From positions 1 through 64,000 of the forward strand of contig CAWEWF010000009.1 of the NCBI GenBank assembly GCA_963812605.1: a DNA stretch of 64,000 nucleotides. Direction: 5' to 3'. A program made the position numbers and the translations under genes. This document shows, in pieces, positions 43,623-53,027 of this stretch (position 1 is its first letter; every line of letters begins with the position of its first letter). The notes beneath the pieces were generated by a model. It was not told the origin of the DNA and did not search any database. It worked only from the letters and a program-made list of their open reading frames with translations. Origin of the DNA: an uncultured Verrucomicrobiae bacterium (GTDB taxonomy: Bacteria > Verrucomicrobiota > Verrucomicrobiia > Palsa-1439).

Positions 43623-44018
43623 ATGGCCAGCGAGAAACAAAAGTCGATGATTCACATAGACTACCAAGTATTGGCTGAAGGCAAGGCCCGTGACAGCCAT
43701 GTCGATATTCGCCTGGTCAAGAAGGCCAAGGGGTTCCTGGGTCGAGGCGCGCGGGAAGAGATCGTGCGGATCATGGATCCGCTCTTGCGTCTTCAGGCCG
43801 GGGAGATTGCCCAGCGGCTGGTGACTCCGCAATCGCTCCATGAAGTCGGACAAGAGGCCGTGCTCGAGGCCATCAAGGTGTATCGGATCGGGCAGAAGGA
43901 AAGTTTCCGGGAATTCGCCATGATTTACACGCGGCAGGCGATGGTGCTCGCCAGGAACAAAGTGGCCGTTCCCGATCCGCATGCGCCGCGGCCCGATCTG
44001 CCACCGCGGCAGTTCTAG
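43623..44018 (+). CDS. Small protein resembling sigma70 region 2 only
   Basis: D..LVKKAK...AREEIV...G.EAVLEAIKVY....ESFREFAMIYTRQAM pattern; ends in a Pro-rich tail. Confidence 0.55.
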   Translation: MASEKQKSMIHIDYQVLAEGKARDSHVDIRLVKKAKGFLGRGAREEIVRIMDPLLRLQAGEIAQRLVTPQSLHEVGQEAVLEAIKVYRIGQKESFREFAMIYTRQAMVLARNKVAVPDPHAPRPDLPPRQF

Positions 44019-44063
44019 AATAGAATTGCATTCGTTTCCCCGTCGCCGCATCCTAGCGGCATC

Positions 44064-44606
44064 ATGCTCATCAGCAAGAAAATCAACGACGCCATCAACC
44101 AGCAAATCGGCAACGAATTTGGCGCGTCGCTGCAATACGTGGCGATTGCCGCCCACTTCGACGAGGAAGCGCTGCCGCAGTTGGCGGCGCACTTCTACCA
44201 GCAGGCCGAAGAAGAGCGCGATCACGCGATGCGGTTCGTGAAATTCCTCGTGGATACGGATGGTGAAGTGGTCATCCCCGCGGTCAAGGCGCCGAAAGGC
44301 AAATTCGCCTCGGCCGAGGAGGCGGTGAAATTGTCGCTCGACTGGGAGGTCGAGGTGACCAACCAGATTCACAAGCTTGTCGATCTGGCCAAGAAGGAAG
44401 TCAATTACACCACGGACAATTTCCTGCAGTGGTTTGTCAAGGAACAGCTCGAGGAGGTTTCGTCGATGGATAACCTTCTCAAGGTGATCCGCCGCGCCGG
44501 CCAGGATGGTTTGTTGCGCGTGGAAGAATATCTCGCCCGGAAGTCCGGTCGGGAAATCGTTGGCGGAAGAGAACCTCCCCTGAATTGCGAATTTGCCTGG
44601 GAGTAG
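44064..44606 (+). CDS. Ferritin
   Basis: INQQIGNE..ASLQY, QAEEERDHAM, FLQWFVKEQLEE ferroxidase centre; the exact 3' end may be shifted. Confidence 0.92.
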   Translation: MLISKKINDAINQQIGNEFGASLQYVAIAAHFDEEALPQLAAHFYQQAEEERDHAMRFVKFLVDTDGEVVIPAVKAPKGKFASAEEAVKLSLDWEVEVTNQIHKLVDLAKKEVNYTTDNFLQWFVKEQLEEVSSMDNLLKVIRRAGQDGLLRVEEYLARKSGREIVGGREPPLNCEFAWE

Positions 44607-44613
44607 CAGTCCC

Positions 44614-45228
44614 ATGGTTCGTGAACAAATCCAATCGCGCGGCATCACGGATGCCCGGGTGCTGGCCGCGATGACGAAGGTCCCGCGGCATGAATTCGTG
44701 CCGGAACACCTGGCCGATGCAGCTTACGAAGACCATCCGCTTCCCATCGGCTACAGCCAGACCATTTCCCAACCCTACATCGTCGCGTTGATGACGGAGT
44801 TGCTGCAAATTGAGCCGGGCGCAAAGGTATTGGAAGTGGGTACGGGCTCGGGATATCAGACAGCGATTCTCGCGGAAGTCGGCGCGCGGGTTTACTCCGT
44901 TGAAATCGTTGAACCGCTGGCCAAAACGGCGGCGCAACTCCTCCAGCGGCTTGGTTACACCAGCGTTCAGGTGAAACAGGGTGACGGTTATCTCGGCTGG
45001 CCCGAGCACGCTCCGTATGACGCGATTATCGTCACCGCGGCAGCCGCCCACGTCCCGCCGCCGCTGGTCGAGCAACTCAAGCCGGGCGGTCGCCTGGTAA
45101 TTCCCGTGGGTGATGGGCAGCCGCAGCAATCACTATTGCTCGTAGAAAAGGGCGCAGACGGCGGCCTCACGACCCACAACGTGGCGTCGGTCCTGTTCGT
45201 GCCATTGACCCGCGAAACTCGAGCGTGA
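44614..45228 (+). CDS. pcm: Protein-L-isoaspartate O-methyltransferase
   Basis: VPRHEFV, QTISQPYIVA, VLEVGTGSGYQ, APYDAIIVTAA, QLKPGGRLVIPVG. Confidence 0.95.
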   Translation: MVREQIQSRGITDARVLAAMTKVPRHEFVPEHLADAAYEDHPLPIGYSQTISQPYIVALMTELLQIEPGAKVLEVGTGSGYQTAILAEVGARVYSVEIVEPLAKTAAQLLQRLGYTSVQVKQGDGYLGWPEHAPYDAIIVTAAAAHVPPPLVEQLKPGGRLVIPVGDGQPQQSLLLVEKGADGGLTTHNVASVLFVPLTRETRA

Positions 45229-45241
45229 GAGTGGGGGGATT

Positions 45242-47167
45242 TTACAACCCCGAATCAAGCACCGAGCGGACGAGGTGATTGAGCGACTCGATGTTGTAGG
45301 GCTTCTGCAGGTAACCCAGGCAGCCATGGCGCAACATGCGCTGGCCTTCCTGGTCGTGGCTGTAACCGCTGGAGACGATCACGCGCACCGTCGGGTTGAT
45401 TTCTTTCATGTGCGCGAATAATTCAGAACCGCTCATCCGCGGCATCACCATGTCGGCGATTACCAAATCGATATCCTGCTGGCGCTCACGATACATCGAG
45501 AGCGCGGAAGCGCCATCCGGCGCACTGAGCACTCTATAGCCCTTCGCTTCGAGACCGATTTGCGCCATCTCGCGGATGACTTCCTCGTCTTCAGCGAGCA
45601 GGATGCACTCCTGGCCGCCGCGCGCCACCGCGGTCGGTTGCACGGGCACGGGGGTCAGCGCCTTCTTCGTGGCCGGCAGGAAAATCTCGAAGAGCGTTCC
45701 CAGCCCTGGCTGCGATTCGACACGAATTTCACCGCCAAAGCCCTTCACGATGCTCAGCACCAACGAAAGGCCGAGCCCCGTTCCTTTGCCGGGCCGCTTG
45801 GTGGTGAAGAACGGCTCAAAGATGTGCGAAAGCGTGGCGGCATCCATGCCCGAGCCCGTATCGCGGAACGCCAGCACCAAGTAATCGCCGTCGGGGAGCG
45901 AGAGCGCGGGACGGAATGGATCGGTCGCTTCGAGACGAATGTTGCGGGTCGTGATGGTCAACATGCCGCCTTCCGTCATCACGTCGCGCGCGTTGACGGC
46001 GATGTTGAGGAAGACTTGCTCGAGCTGGGATGGATCGACCTCGACGGAGTGGAGGTTTTTGGCAAACTGGCGCTGGATGAGAATTGCCTTGTCGAAGCTG
46101 CGGTCGAGCATTTTCAAAGTCTGCTCGATGCAGTCGTTGGCGTTGACGACGGCGAGGCGCGGGATTTCGCGGCGCGCAAAGGCGAGCAACTGCTTCGTCA
46201 GCGCTGCGCCGCGATGCGCGCTGGCCTCGGTCGCCTCCAGGTAGCGATAGGTCGGGCTGGCCGGATCGGTTTGCTGCTTGACGTAGCTGGCGCACGCCAG
46301 AATCGCCGCGAGCACGTTATTGAAATCGTGGGCGATGCCACTCGTCAGCGCGCCGATGGACTCGATCTTTTGCACCTGCACGAGGTCGCGGTACAACTCC
46401 TCGGCCTGTACCGCGCTGGCAATGATGTTGGCGACGGTCAGCATTTCCGCGGCGAGGGAAGGCGAGATGTCACGCGGGCTGCGGTAGAAGACACCGATAA
46501 GGCCGACGAGTTCGTGGCGGCGAACGACGGGATTCAGCGCGGCGCAGACGATGCGTTCGCGCCCGCACACATCGATGAGGGATTCGGGCCCCGTTTGCGC
46601 CGGGTTGTTCAGGAGGAGCTGGCGCGGTTCCTGGTGCGCCTGCTCGAACATGGGGAATGACCACTCGGCTGCCTCGAGTTGTTCAACATTGTGGCCCGTG
46701 AAACCGAACGCGCCCTTGAGGGTAAAGTGCGGGTGGCTGTTGTTCTCGGCAACCCAGGCTGCGATGAGGTCGGCCTCGAAAAGCTGCGCGATTTTTTCGA
46801 GGACTTCCGTCGACATTTGCGCGACGTCGAGTTTATCGATCAAGGCGCGGGAAATCTGGTTGAGCGTGGATTGCCTTTGGAAGGCGAGCCGTTGCGAAAG
46901 CTCAAGTTCGCGGTCGCGGGCCGCCTCAAGTTCTTCCTGCTTTCGCTGCGTGCGCTGGACGTGAAGATAGGTTTCGGCGGCGGCGAGGGACACGAGCAAC
47001 AGCGAAGCGCTGCTCAATGGCAAACTGACCTGGACCCACGAATCGTTATCGTTGTTGAGCCGCCCGATGAGCATGTAGGAGAGCGTAATCACCAGCGCCA
47101 TCCCGTAAAGTCGTGCGCGTGGAGACAACTCCCGAACGTCAGGTTTTATGGCCGTTGAATGCGCCAT
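45242..47167 (-). CDS. Hybrid histidine kinase (2 TM-GAF-HisKA-HATPase-REC; CckA-like core)
   Basis: GIAHDFNN, NARD, FEPFFTTK..GKGTGLGL, IADMVMP. Confidence 0.92.
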   Translation of the reverse strand: MAHSTAIKPDVRELSPRARLYGMALVITLSYMLIGRLNNDNDSWVQVSLPLSSASLLLVSLAAAETYLHVQRTQRKQEELEAARDRELELSQRLAFQRQSTLNQISRALIDKLDVAQMSTEVLEKIAQLFEADLIAAWVAENNSHPHFTLKGAFGFTGHNVEQLEAAEWSFPMFEQAHQEPRQLLLNNPAQTGPESLIDVCGRERIVCAALNPVVRRHELVGLIGVFYRSPRDISPSLAAEMLTVANIIASAVQAEELYRDLVQVQKIESIGALTSGIAHDFNNVLAAILACASYVKQQTDPASPTYRYLEATEASAHRGAALTKQLLAFARREIPRLAVVNANDCIEQTLKMLDRSFDKAILIQRQFAKNLHSVEVDPSQLEQVFLNIAVNARDVMTEGGMLTITTRNIRLEATDPFRPALSLPDGDYLVLAFRDTGSGMDAATLSHIFEPFFTTKRPGKGTGLGLSLVLSIVKGFGGEIRVESQPGLGTLFEIFLPATKKALTPVPVQPTAVARGGQECILLAEDEEVIREMAQIGLEAKGYRVLSAPDGASALSMYRERQQDIDLVIADMVMPRMSGSELFAHMKEINPTVRVIVSSGYSHDQEGQRMLRHGCLGYLQKPYNIESLNHLVRSVLDSGL

Positions 47168-47451
47168 GGAAACATCTCATCGTGGCATGGGCACAAATGG
47201 GAGCAGGGAATATGCCGCCAGTGAGAAATGCGAAAAAACACAGGGTTTTTACCCATATTTTGAATCAAAACCTGACTGGTTTCACAGTTCGTTTTCGCAT
47301 GGTAGATTCCAGACGGTGGTCCCATGGCATGATTGAGGGGACCCCGAGGAGAACGCGGAACAGCTCCGAAGCACCGGAAAGATTTTCGGATTGCACGGCG
47401 CTGTCGATTGCCAGTATGTACTGGGCAGCCAATGACATGCCTGGCCTCTCA

Positions 47452-48371
47452 ATGAAACGCAGAACACGATCCTGGCTCCGGTTGACGCTGCTGCTACTTT
47501 TGGTGGGCGGCGTGTATCTCGTGATGCGCAACTTCGAGCAGCAGTTCGTCTACGCCCCCAGCTCGTTTATCAGGAAGACGCCCCGCCAGGCCAAACTGTC
47601 CTTTGACAACATTGCCCTGACGACCGACGACGGCGTCAATATTCAAGGGTGGTTTGTTCCCGGCACGCGGGCCGGAAGATGCAGCCGCAACCAATTCGCC
47701 GCCTCCGACATTGCTTTTCTTCCACGGCGGGGTTGGCAACCTCAGCGACTATCTCGAAAAAATCCACCTCCTTCACGACATGGGCGTGGATGTATTCGCC
47801 GTTGACTACCACGGCTACGGCAAAAGTGGGGGTACCCCGAGCGAAAGCGGACTCACCAGTGACGCCGCTGCCGCCTACTTCTACCTGACGGAGAAACGCC
47901 ATGTGAAACCTGACCAAATCTACTTTTACGGTGAAGACCTGGGCGCCGCCGTGGCAATCGACCTGGCAACGAAAGTGCCGGCGGCGGGCCTGATCGCGGA
48001 AGGCGCGACAGCCTCGGTCATCGAAAAGGTCGAGGAAGCGTGGCCGCTGATCCCGTGGCAGTATCTCCTGCGCAACAAATTCGATTCCCTGACCAAAATC
48101 CGGGAGGTGCACATGCCGCTCTTGATTATCCATAGTGCTGACGACGAAGTAGTGCCGCTCAACGATTCCCGCCGCCTTTGCGCGCTGGCGCATGAACCGA
48201 AAGAGACTCGTTGAGATTCACGGCACCCATCGCGACGCCTTTGTCCATTCCTTTGACCTGTACTACGACAAGGTCTCGCATTTTATTTATGACCAGCCCA
48301 AAACCAATACCGCGGACATCCTTCCTTCAACGCAGAACGCGGCGGCGGCGTCCAAAGAGCCAACGCCATGA
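47452..48371 (+). CDS. Membrane-anchored alpha/beta hydrolase-fold protein (frameshifts near 47663 and 48205)
   Basis: TM anchor, FFHGG.GN, DYHGYGKSGG.PSE, GEDLG elbow, IIHS.DDEVVP, GTH; stop overlaps the next ATG. Confidence 0.8.
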
Positions 48372-50134
48372 TGAAAGTGCTCGCGCTTTTGCTCCTGTCA
48401 TTGCCGGGGACGCTACGTCCGGCCCTGGCCGCCGACACGTTACGTCCCGAGCAACTGAGCCCGGGCATGAAGGGATACGGCTTGTCGGTGTTCAAGGGCA
48501 CCAAGCCCGAGCGCTTCGAGGTCGAGGTCATTGGCGTATTACACAATGCGTTGCCCAAACAGGACATGATTCTCATTCGCCTGAGCGGGGCGGACCTGGA
48601 AAAACACAAGGTCATCGCGGGCATGAGTGGAAGCCCGGTGTATATTGACGGCAAGCTCATTGGCGCGCTCGCCTACGGCTGGACATTTGAAAACGACCCA
48701 TTGGCCGGCGTCACACCAATCCATAATATGATGGCGGAACTGAAACGACCCGTCGTGGGCCCATCGACCATCAATGCGTCCGTCTCGCTGGGTCGCACAT
48801 CATCATCAATGACGACGCCATTCGCCCTGCCAAGGACCGCCTTTGCCCAAGCCGACGACCTTGGCGCGCCACGTCCATTGCTTACGCCGCTCTCGCTGGG
48901 CGGTTTCAGTTCGCGCGTGCTGGAACGATTTGCTTCGAATTTTGCCGGCTTGGGCATGATGCCAATCGCGGCCGGTGGCGCGGGCGCCGGGGTGCTGCCA
49001 CGCCGCAACGGTGATATGGAACCCGGCGGTTCGATTGGCGTGCAGTTAATGCGCGGTGACATGGACGCCACGGCGGTCGGCACGGCCACGTACGTCGACA
49101 ACAATCGTATCCTGGCGTTCGGGCACCCGTTTTTCCAGGGCGGCTCCGTGCAGGCGCCGGCCGTGCTCGCCGAGGTGCACACCATCATGTCGAGCGTCGA
49201 GCGTTCGTTTAAGATGGCCAGTCCCATCGCCGAGATCGGTTCGATGATCGGTGACTGGCAGAGTTGCATCGTCGCGGACGCGAAAGTGCAGGCGCGGATG
49301 ATCCCGATCAGTATCGACGCGGCCAATCACGACCTGGGGCAGTCGGAGCACTACGATGTCGAGGTGATGAATAATCAGGCTTTCACGCCGCAACTGGTGC
49401 TCATGGCGATCGCGCAGGCCGTCAACGCCGCGTCGGGTTCCTCGCAGGACACCACGGTGCGGATTTCCGTGGGCGCTGAACTGGCCCCTCTGAAAGCGGG
49501 TGGAGCGTCGCGGACCATTGCGGTAACGAATACCTTCTTCAGTGCGGCGGGCGGCATCCTGAACATCGAGGGTCTCATGCCGCTGCTGGCGATGTTCAAC
49601 ACCCCGTTCGGTAGCCCGACCGTGAAACATGTCGATGTGAAAGTGGATGCGGCTCTGACGCGCCAAACAGCGGAGATCAAGCGCGCGTACTTTGAGAAGT
49701 CGGAAGTCCAACGCGGTGAGACGGCGTCACTCAAAATCGTGCTGAAACCATTTGGCCAGCCCGAGGTCACGAAGACGATTCCCATCGAAGTGCCCGCGGC
49801 AACGGACATGTTGCGATACCTTATCGTCACGGTGGTCGCGGGGGACAGTGCGCCGCCCGACGCCGCGCCGCCCGAAAGTCTCGATGATTTTCTTGATTTG
49901 ATACAAAAGGGACATCGCAACACCGATTTGGTGGCGCTGCTGCCGACGCACGGCCAGGGGATGCAGTACCGCGGTAAACTGTTGAAAAAACTTCCGCCCA
50001 GCGTTGTTGGCATTTTGGACGACTCGAGCACCGGGGATGTGGCCGCCGCGGCGGACATTTCACAGCTGGTGGAGCCCACGGACTGGGTTCTCAGCGGTCA
50101 GGCCACGGTTCGCGTCCCGATCAGACAGGAATAA
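48368..50134 (+). CDS. Secreted SpoIVB/S55 peptidase-domain protein
   Basis: Signal peptide; AGMSGSPVYIDGKLIGALAY; GTATYVD..RILAFGHPF. Confidence 0.85.
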   Translation: MMKVLALLLLSLPGTLRPALAADTLRPEQLSPGMKGYGLSVFKGTKPERFEVEVIGVLHNALPKQDMILIRLSGADLEKHKVIAGMSGSPVYIDGKLIGALAYGWTFENDPLAGVTPIHNMMAELKRPVVGPSTINASVSLGRTSSSMTTPFALPRTAFAQADDLGAPRPLLTPLSLGGFSSRVLERFASNFAGLGMMPIAAGGAGAGVLPRRNGDMEPGGSIGVQLMRGDMDATAVGTATYVDNNRILAFGHPFFQGGSVQAPAVLAEVHTIMSSVERSFKMASPIAEIGSMIGDWQSCIVADAKVQARMIPISIDAANHDLGQSEHYDVEVMNNQAFTPQLVLMAIAQAVNAASGSSQDTTVRISVGAELAPLKAGGASRTIAVTNTFFSAAGGILNIEGLMPLLAMFNTPFGSPTVKHVDVKVDAALTRQTAEIKRAYFEKSEVQRGETASLKIVLKPFGQPEVTKTIPIEVPAATDMLRYLIVTVVAGDSAPPDAAPPESLDDFLDLIQKGHRNTDLVALLPTHGQGMQYRGKLLKKLPPSVVGILDDSSTGDVAAAADISQLVEPTDWVLSGQATVRVPIRQE

Positions 50135-50140
50135 TATCGC

Positions 50141-52348
50141 ATGAAGATCCTCTTCTCCGCCTTGCTTGCCATCCTCCTTAGCGCGGTGACGGTCGAGGCC
50201 GTCAAGACCGAGCGGTGGGAATTGAAATCGCCGCAGGATTTCATGCGTGGCAAACTACAACAACTCATCGTCACAAGCGGCGGCGAATTGCGGCTGGGGT
50301 ATGGCACCACAAAACTCGGCGAGTTCGCCAAGGAAATCTGGTGCTCGGCGGTCGATCGCGATGGCGTTATTTATTTTGGCACGGGCTCGCCGGCCGAGGT
50401 TTACGCGCTCGGCAAGGACGGCCGGACCACCAAGCTTTTCGAGGCCGATTCCATTGCCATCACGGCGGTCGCGCTCGATTCCCACGGCAATCTTTACGCG
50501 GCGACGATGCCGGAGGGCAAGATCTACAAGATCTCCACGACGGGCAAGGGGGCGGCGGCAAAAGCGGATGAGCCGTTCAGCAGGCTGCGCGCGCCATACA
50601 TCTGGTCGTTGATCGCGGACAAACAGGAGCGCCTATTCGCGGGTACCGGCCCTGACGGAAAGATTTTTCACGTCAGCGCCGATGGCAAGGCGGAAGAATG
50701 GTACGCCGCCGAGGATTCCAACATTTTGTGCCTGGCGCTCGATGCCGATGGCGCGCTGCTTGCCGGCGGCAGCGACCGCGGCTTGCTCTATCGCGTCACG
50801 GAAAAGGGCAAAGGCGTCGTCCTCCACGAATTCGCGGAGGACGAGGTAAGGGCGCTCGCCGTGAACGGCAACGAAGTTTATATTGGGGTGAATCGGCAGA
50901 AGATCAGGCGGCCTCGTGGCGCAGCGGCGCGACGCCCCAGCGCGGCGGAGTTCGAAGACCTCACGCAGCAGTTGACCAGCCAGTTCGGCGCGGCGGCGAC
51001 AACCGAGACCATGGGACGCGAGCGCGAGACGCCGCCGGAAGCGCGCTTGGCAAATTTACTCGCGGGCACTCTTTACGTGTGGCATGCCGATGGGCGTGTC
51101 GACCGGCTGGCGAATTGGGACAATGAATCCATCCTGGATGTGAAGGTCGACGGTGAAGGCGCAGTGTTGGCCGGTATGTCGGGCCAGGGCCGCGTGTACC
51201 GTGTCCGCGACAGCCAGAATTGGGAACTACTGTTTGATTTCGACGAGCAGCAGGCGCTGACGCTTGCCATGCGTGACGGCAAGCTGGCGTTCGTCGGCAC
51301 CGGGAATATCGGCAACGCTTACGGCGTGGACGCGCAGAAGGCGCGTGATGGCGAGTTGACGAGCGAAGTGCACGATTGTCGTTTTCTTACGACGTGGGGC
51401 AATCTTTCGTGGATGGGTAACGGCGCGATTGCCATTGCCACTCGCACAGGCAACACCGCGTTGCCGGACTCGACATGGTCGGCCTGGGCTGAGCCCGCCA
51501 AAACCTCACCCACCAAGGTGACGAGCCCGCGCGCGCGATTTATCCAGGTGCGCGCCCAACTTACCGCAGCTTCCGACCCTGTGTTGGAGTCGTTGGACCT
51601 GTATTACCGGATGCAGAATCAAAAGCCGGAAGTTTCGTCGATTGAGATTGGCGACAAGCCCAAGACGGCCTCGGAAAAATCAAAGAGTGACCTGCCGAAC
51701 GATTTAAAGTCGGACGACGGCGACACCGAAGCCACCGCCAGCGCGGCCGCGCAACGCTCGACCGGCCCGCCCAAAACAGAGGAAGACCGCCCGAAACCGG
51801 CCACGCCCATCAAGGAAATCCATTGGCGCGCGAGCGACAAGGACGGCGACACGCTTGTCTACCGGCTTTTCTACCAGGCCGATGGGGACCAGGCCTGGGT
51901 GCCGGCGTTTTTGGACAAGCCGTTGAAGAAGATGGAATACTCCTGGAACACGGAGTCCATTCCCGACGGCTGGTATCGCATCAAAGTCGTCGCCAGTGAC
52001 GAGGAGTCCAATCCCGCGGGAGAAGCGTTGACCGATGAAAAAATCAGCGACCTCGTCAAAGTGGACAACACGCGCCCAGAGGTGCTGCAACTCGCCTATG
52101 ACGCGGCCGGCGGGATTCTCAAGGGAGTGGCGCGCGACAACCTCAGCCTGATTCGCTATCTCGAATACTCAATCGACGGCGGCGATTGGAAGTTTTTTGC
52201 CCCGAAGGACGGCGTGTTCGACGACCGCGAAGAAGCGTTCGAGGTCAAACTCGGCCCGCTCGGGGCCGGTTTGCATTTTATCGCCGTGCGCGCGACCGAT
52301 GAGGATGGAAACATCGGCGTCGAGAAGGTGTCGGTGCGGGGAAAGTGA
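50141..52348 (+). CDS. Secreted beta-propeller protein with C-terminal Ig/FN3-like domains
   Basis: Signal peptide; repeated D..G.LYAGT...G.IY blades; W.ASD.DGD.L.Y, PDGWYRIKVVASD, VDNT.P. Confidence 0.8.
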   Translation: MKILFSALLAILLSAVTVEAVKTERWELKSPQDFMRGKLQQLIVTSGGELRLGYGTTKLGEFAKEIWCSAVDRDGVIYFGTGSPAEVYALGKDGRTTKLFEADSIAITAVALDSHGNLYAATMPEGKIYKISTTGKGAAAKADEPFSRLRAPYIWSLIADKQERLFAGTGPDGKIFHVSADGKAEEWYAAEDSNILCLALDADGALLAGGSDRGLLYRVTEKGKGVVLHEFAEDEVRALAVNGNEVYIGVNRQKIRRPRGAAARRPSAAEFEDLTQQLTSQFGAAATTETMGRERETPPEARLANLLAGTLYVWHADGRVDRLANWDNESILDVKVDGEGAVLAGMSGQGRVYRVRDSQNWELLFDFDEQQALTLAMRDGKLAFVGTGNIGNAYGVDAQKARDGELTSEVHDCRFLTTWGNLSWMGNGAIAIATRTGNTALPDSTWSAWAEPAKTSPTKVTSPRARFIQVRAQLTAASDPVLESLDLYYRMQNQKPEVSSIEIGDKPKTASEKSKSDLPNDLKSDDGDTEATASAAAQRSTGPPKTEEDRPKPATPIKEIHWRASDKDGDTLVYRLFYQADGDQAWVPAFLDKPLKKMEYSWNTESIPDGWYRIKVVASDEESNPAGEALTDEKISDLVKVDNTRPEVLQLAYDAAGGILKGVARDNLSLIRYLEYSIDGGDWKFFAPKDGVFDDREEAFEVKLGPLGAGLHFIAVRATDEDGNIGVEKVSVRGK

Positions 52349-52364
52349 TCCTAGCCGTGCTTCC

Positions 52365-53027
52365 ATGATTCGTCTCGAAAACGTCAGTGTTGAATATCGA
52401 CTGAAGAGCGAACGCGTGCAGGCACTGCGGAACCTTAACCTGCGCATTGTCGAGGGGAGCTTCGAGGCGATCATGGGGCCGAGCGGTTCCGGCAAAACGA
52501 CGCTCATCCAACTGATTGCGGGTTTGCTCACGCCCACGGCCGGCGAAGTCATCGTCTCCGGCGAAAACCTGAGCTGCCTGGACGACGAAAAAATCTCCGC
52601 ATTCCGCAATCGCACCATCGGTTTCGTCTTCCAGTTCTTTAATTTGCCGAGTTATTACACGGCAGTGGACAATGCCGCGTTGCCGTTGGTGTTCGCGGGA
52701 GTGGACGAACGGACGCGTCGGATACGGGCCCGCACCCTGTTGGCGGAGTTTGGGCTGCAAGATCGGCTGGACCACCGGCCGGACCAGCTTTCGGGCGGCG
52801 AGGCGCAACGCGTTGCGATCGCTCGCGCCTTGATCAACAATCCGAAGATCATTCTCGCCGATGAGCCGACGGGGAACCTCGACCGCGAGACGGGCGCGCA
52901 CGTGATGGAGTTATTGCAGAAGATCAACCGCGAGCGCGGCGTGACGGTCTTAATGGTGACGCACGACGAGAGGGCCGCGGGGTACGCCCAGCAAATCATT
53001 CGCATCGAGAAAGGAGAATTGGCGTGA
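52365..53027 (+). CDS. ABC transporter ATP-binding protein (LolD/MacB type)
   Basis: GPSGSGKTT, IGFVFQFFNL, LSGGEAQRVAIARAL, ADEPTGNLD, VTHD. Confidence 0.95.
   Translation: MIRLENVSVEYRLKSERVQALRNLNLRIVEGSFEAIMGPSGSGKTTLIQLIAGLLTPTAGEVIVSGENLSCLDDEKISAFRNRTIGFVFQFFNLPSYYTAVDNAALPLVFAGVDERTRRIRARTLLAEFGLQDRLDHRPDQLSGGEAQRVAIARALINNPKIILADEPTGNLDRETGAHVMELLQKINRERGVTVLMVTHDERAAGYAQQIIRIEKGELA

Noticed and set aside
44530-44606. Ferritin C-terminal tail as an encapsulin targeting peptide
   Set aside because: No LxIGSL-type motif, no encapsulin gene nearby, and the tail frame is uncertain.
47170-47450. Riboswitch in the divergent kinase/hydrolase intergenic region
   Set aside because: Only short palindromes (e.g. 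TTTTGAATCAAAA); no recognisable aptamer consensus.
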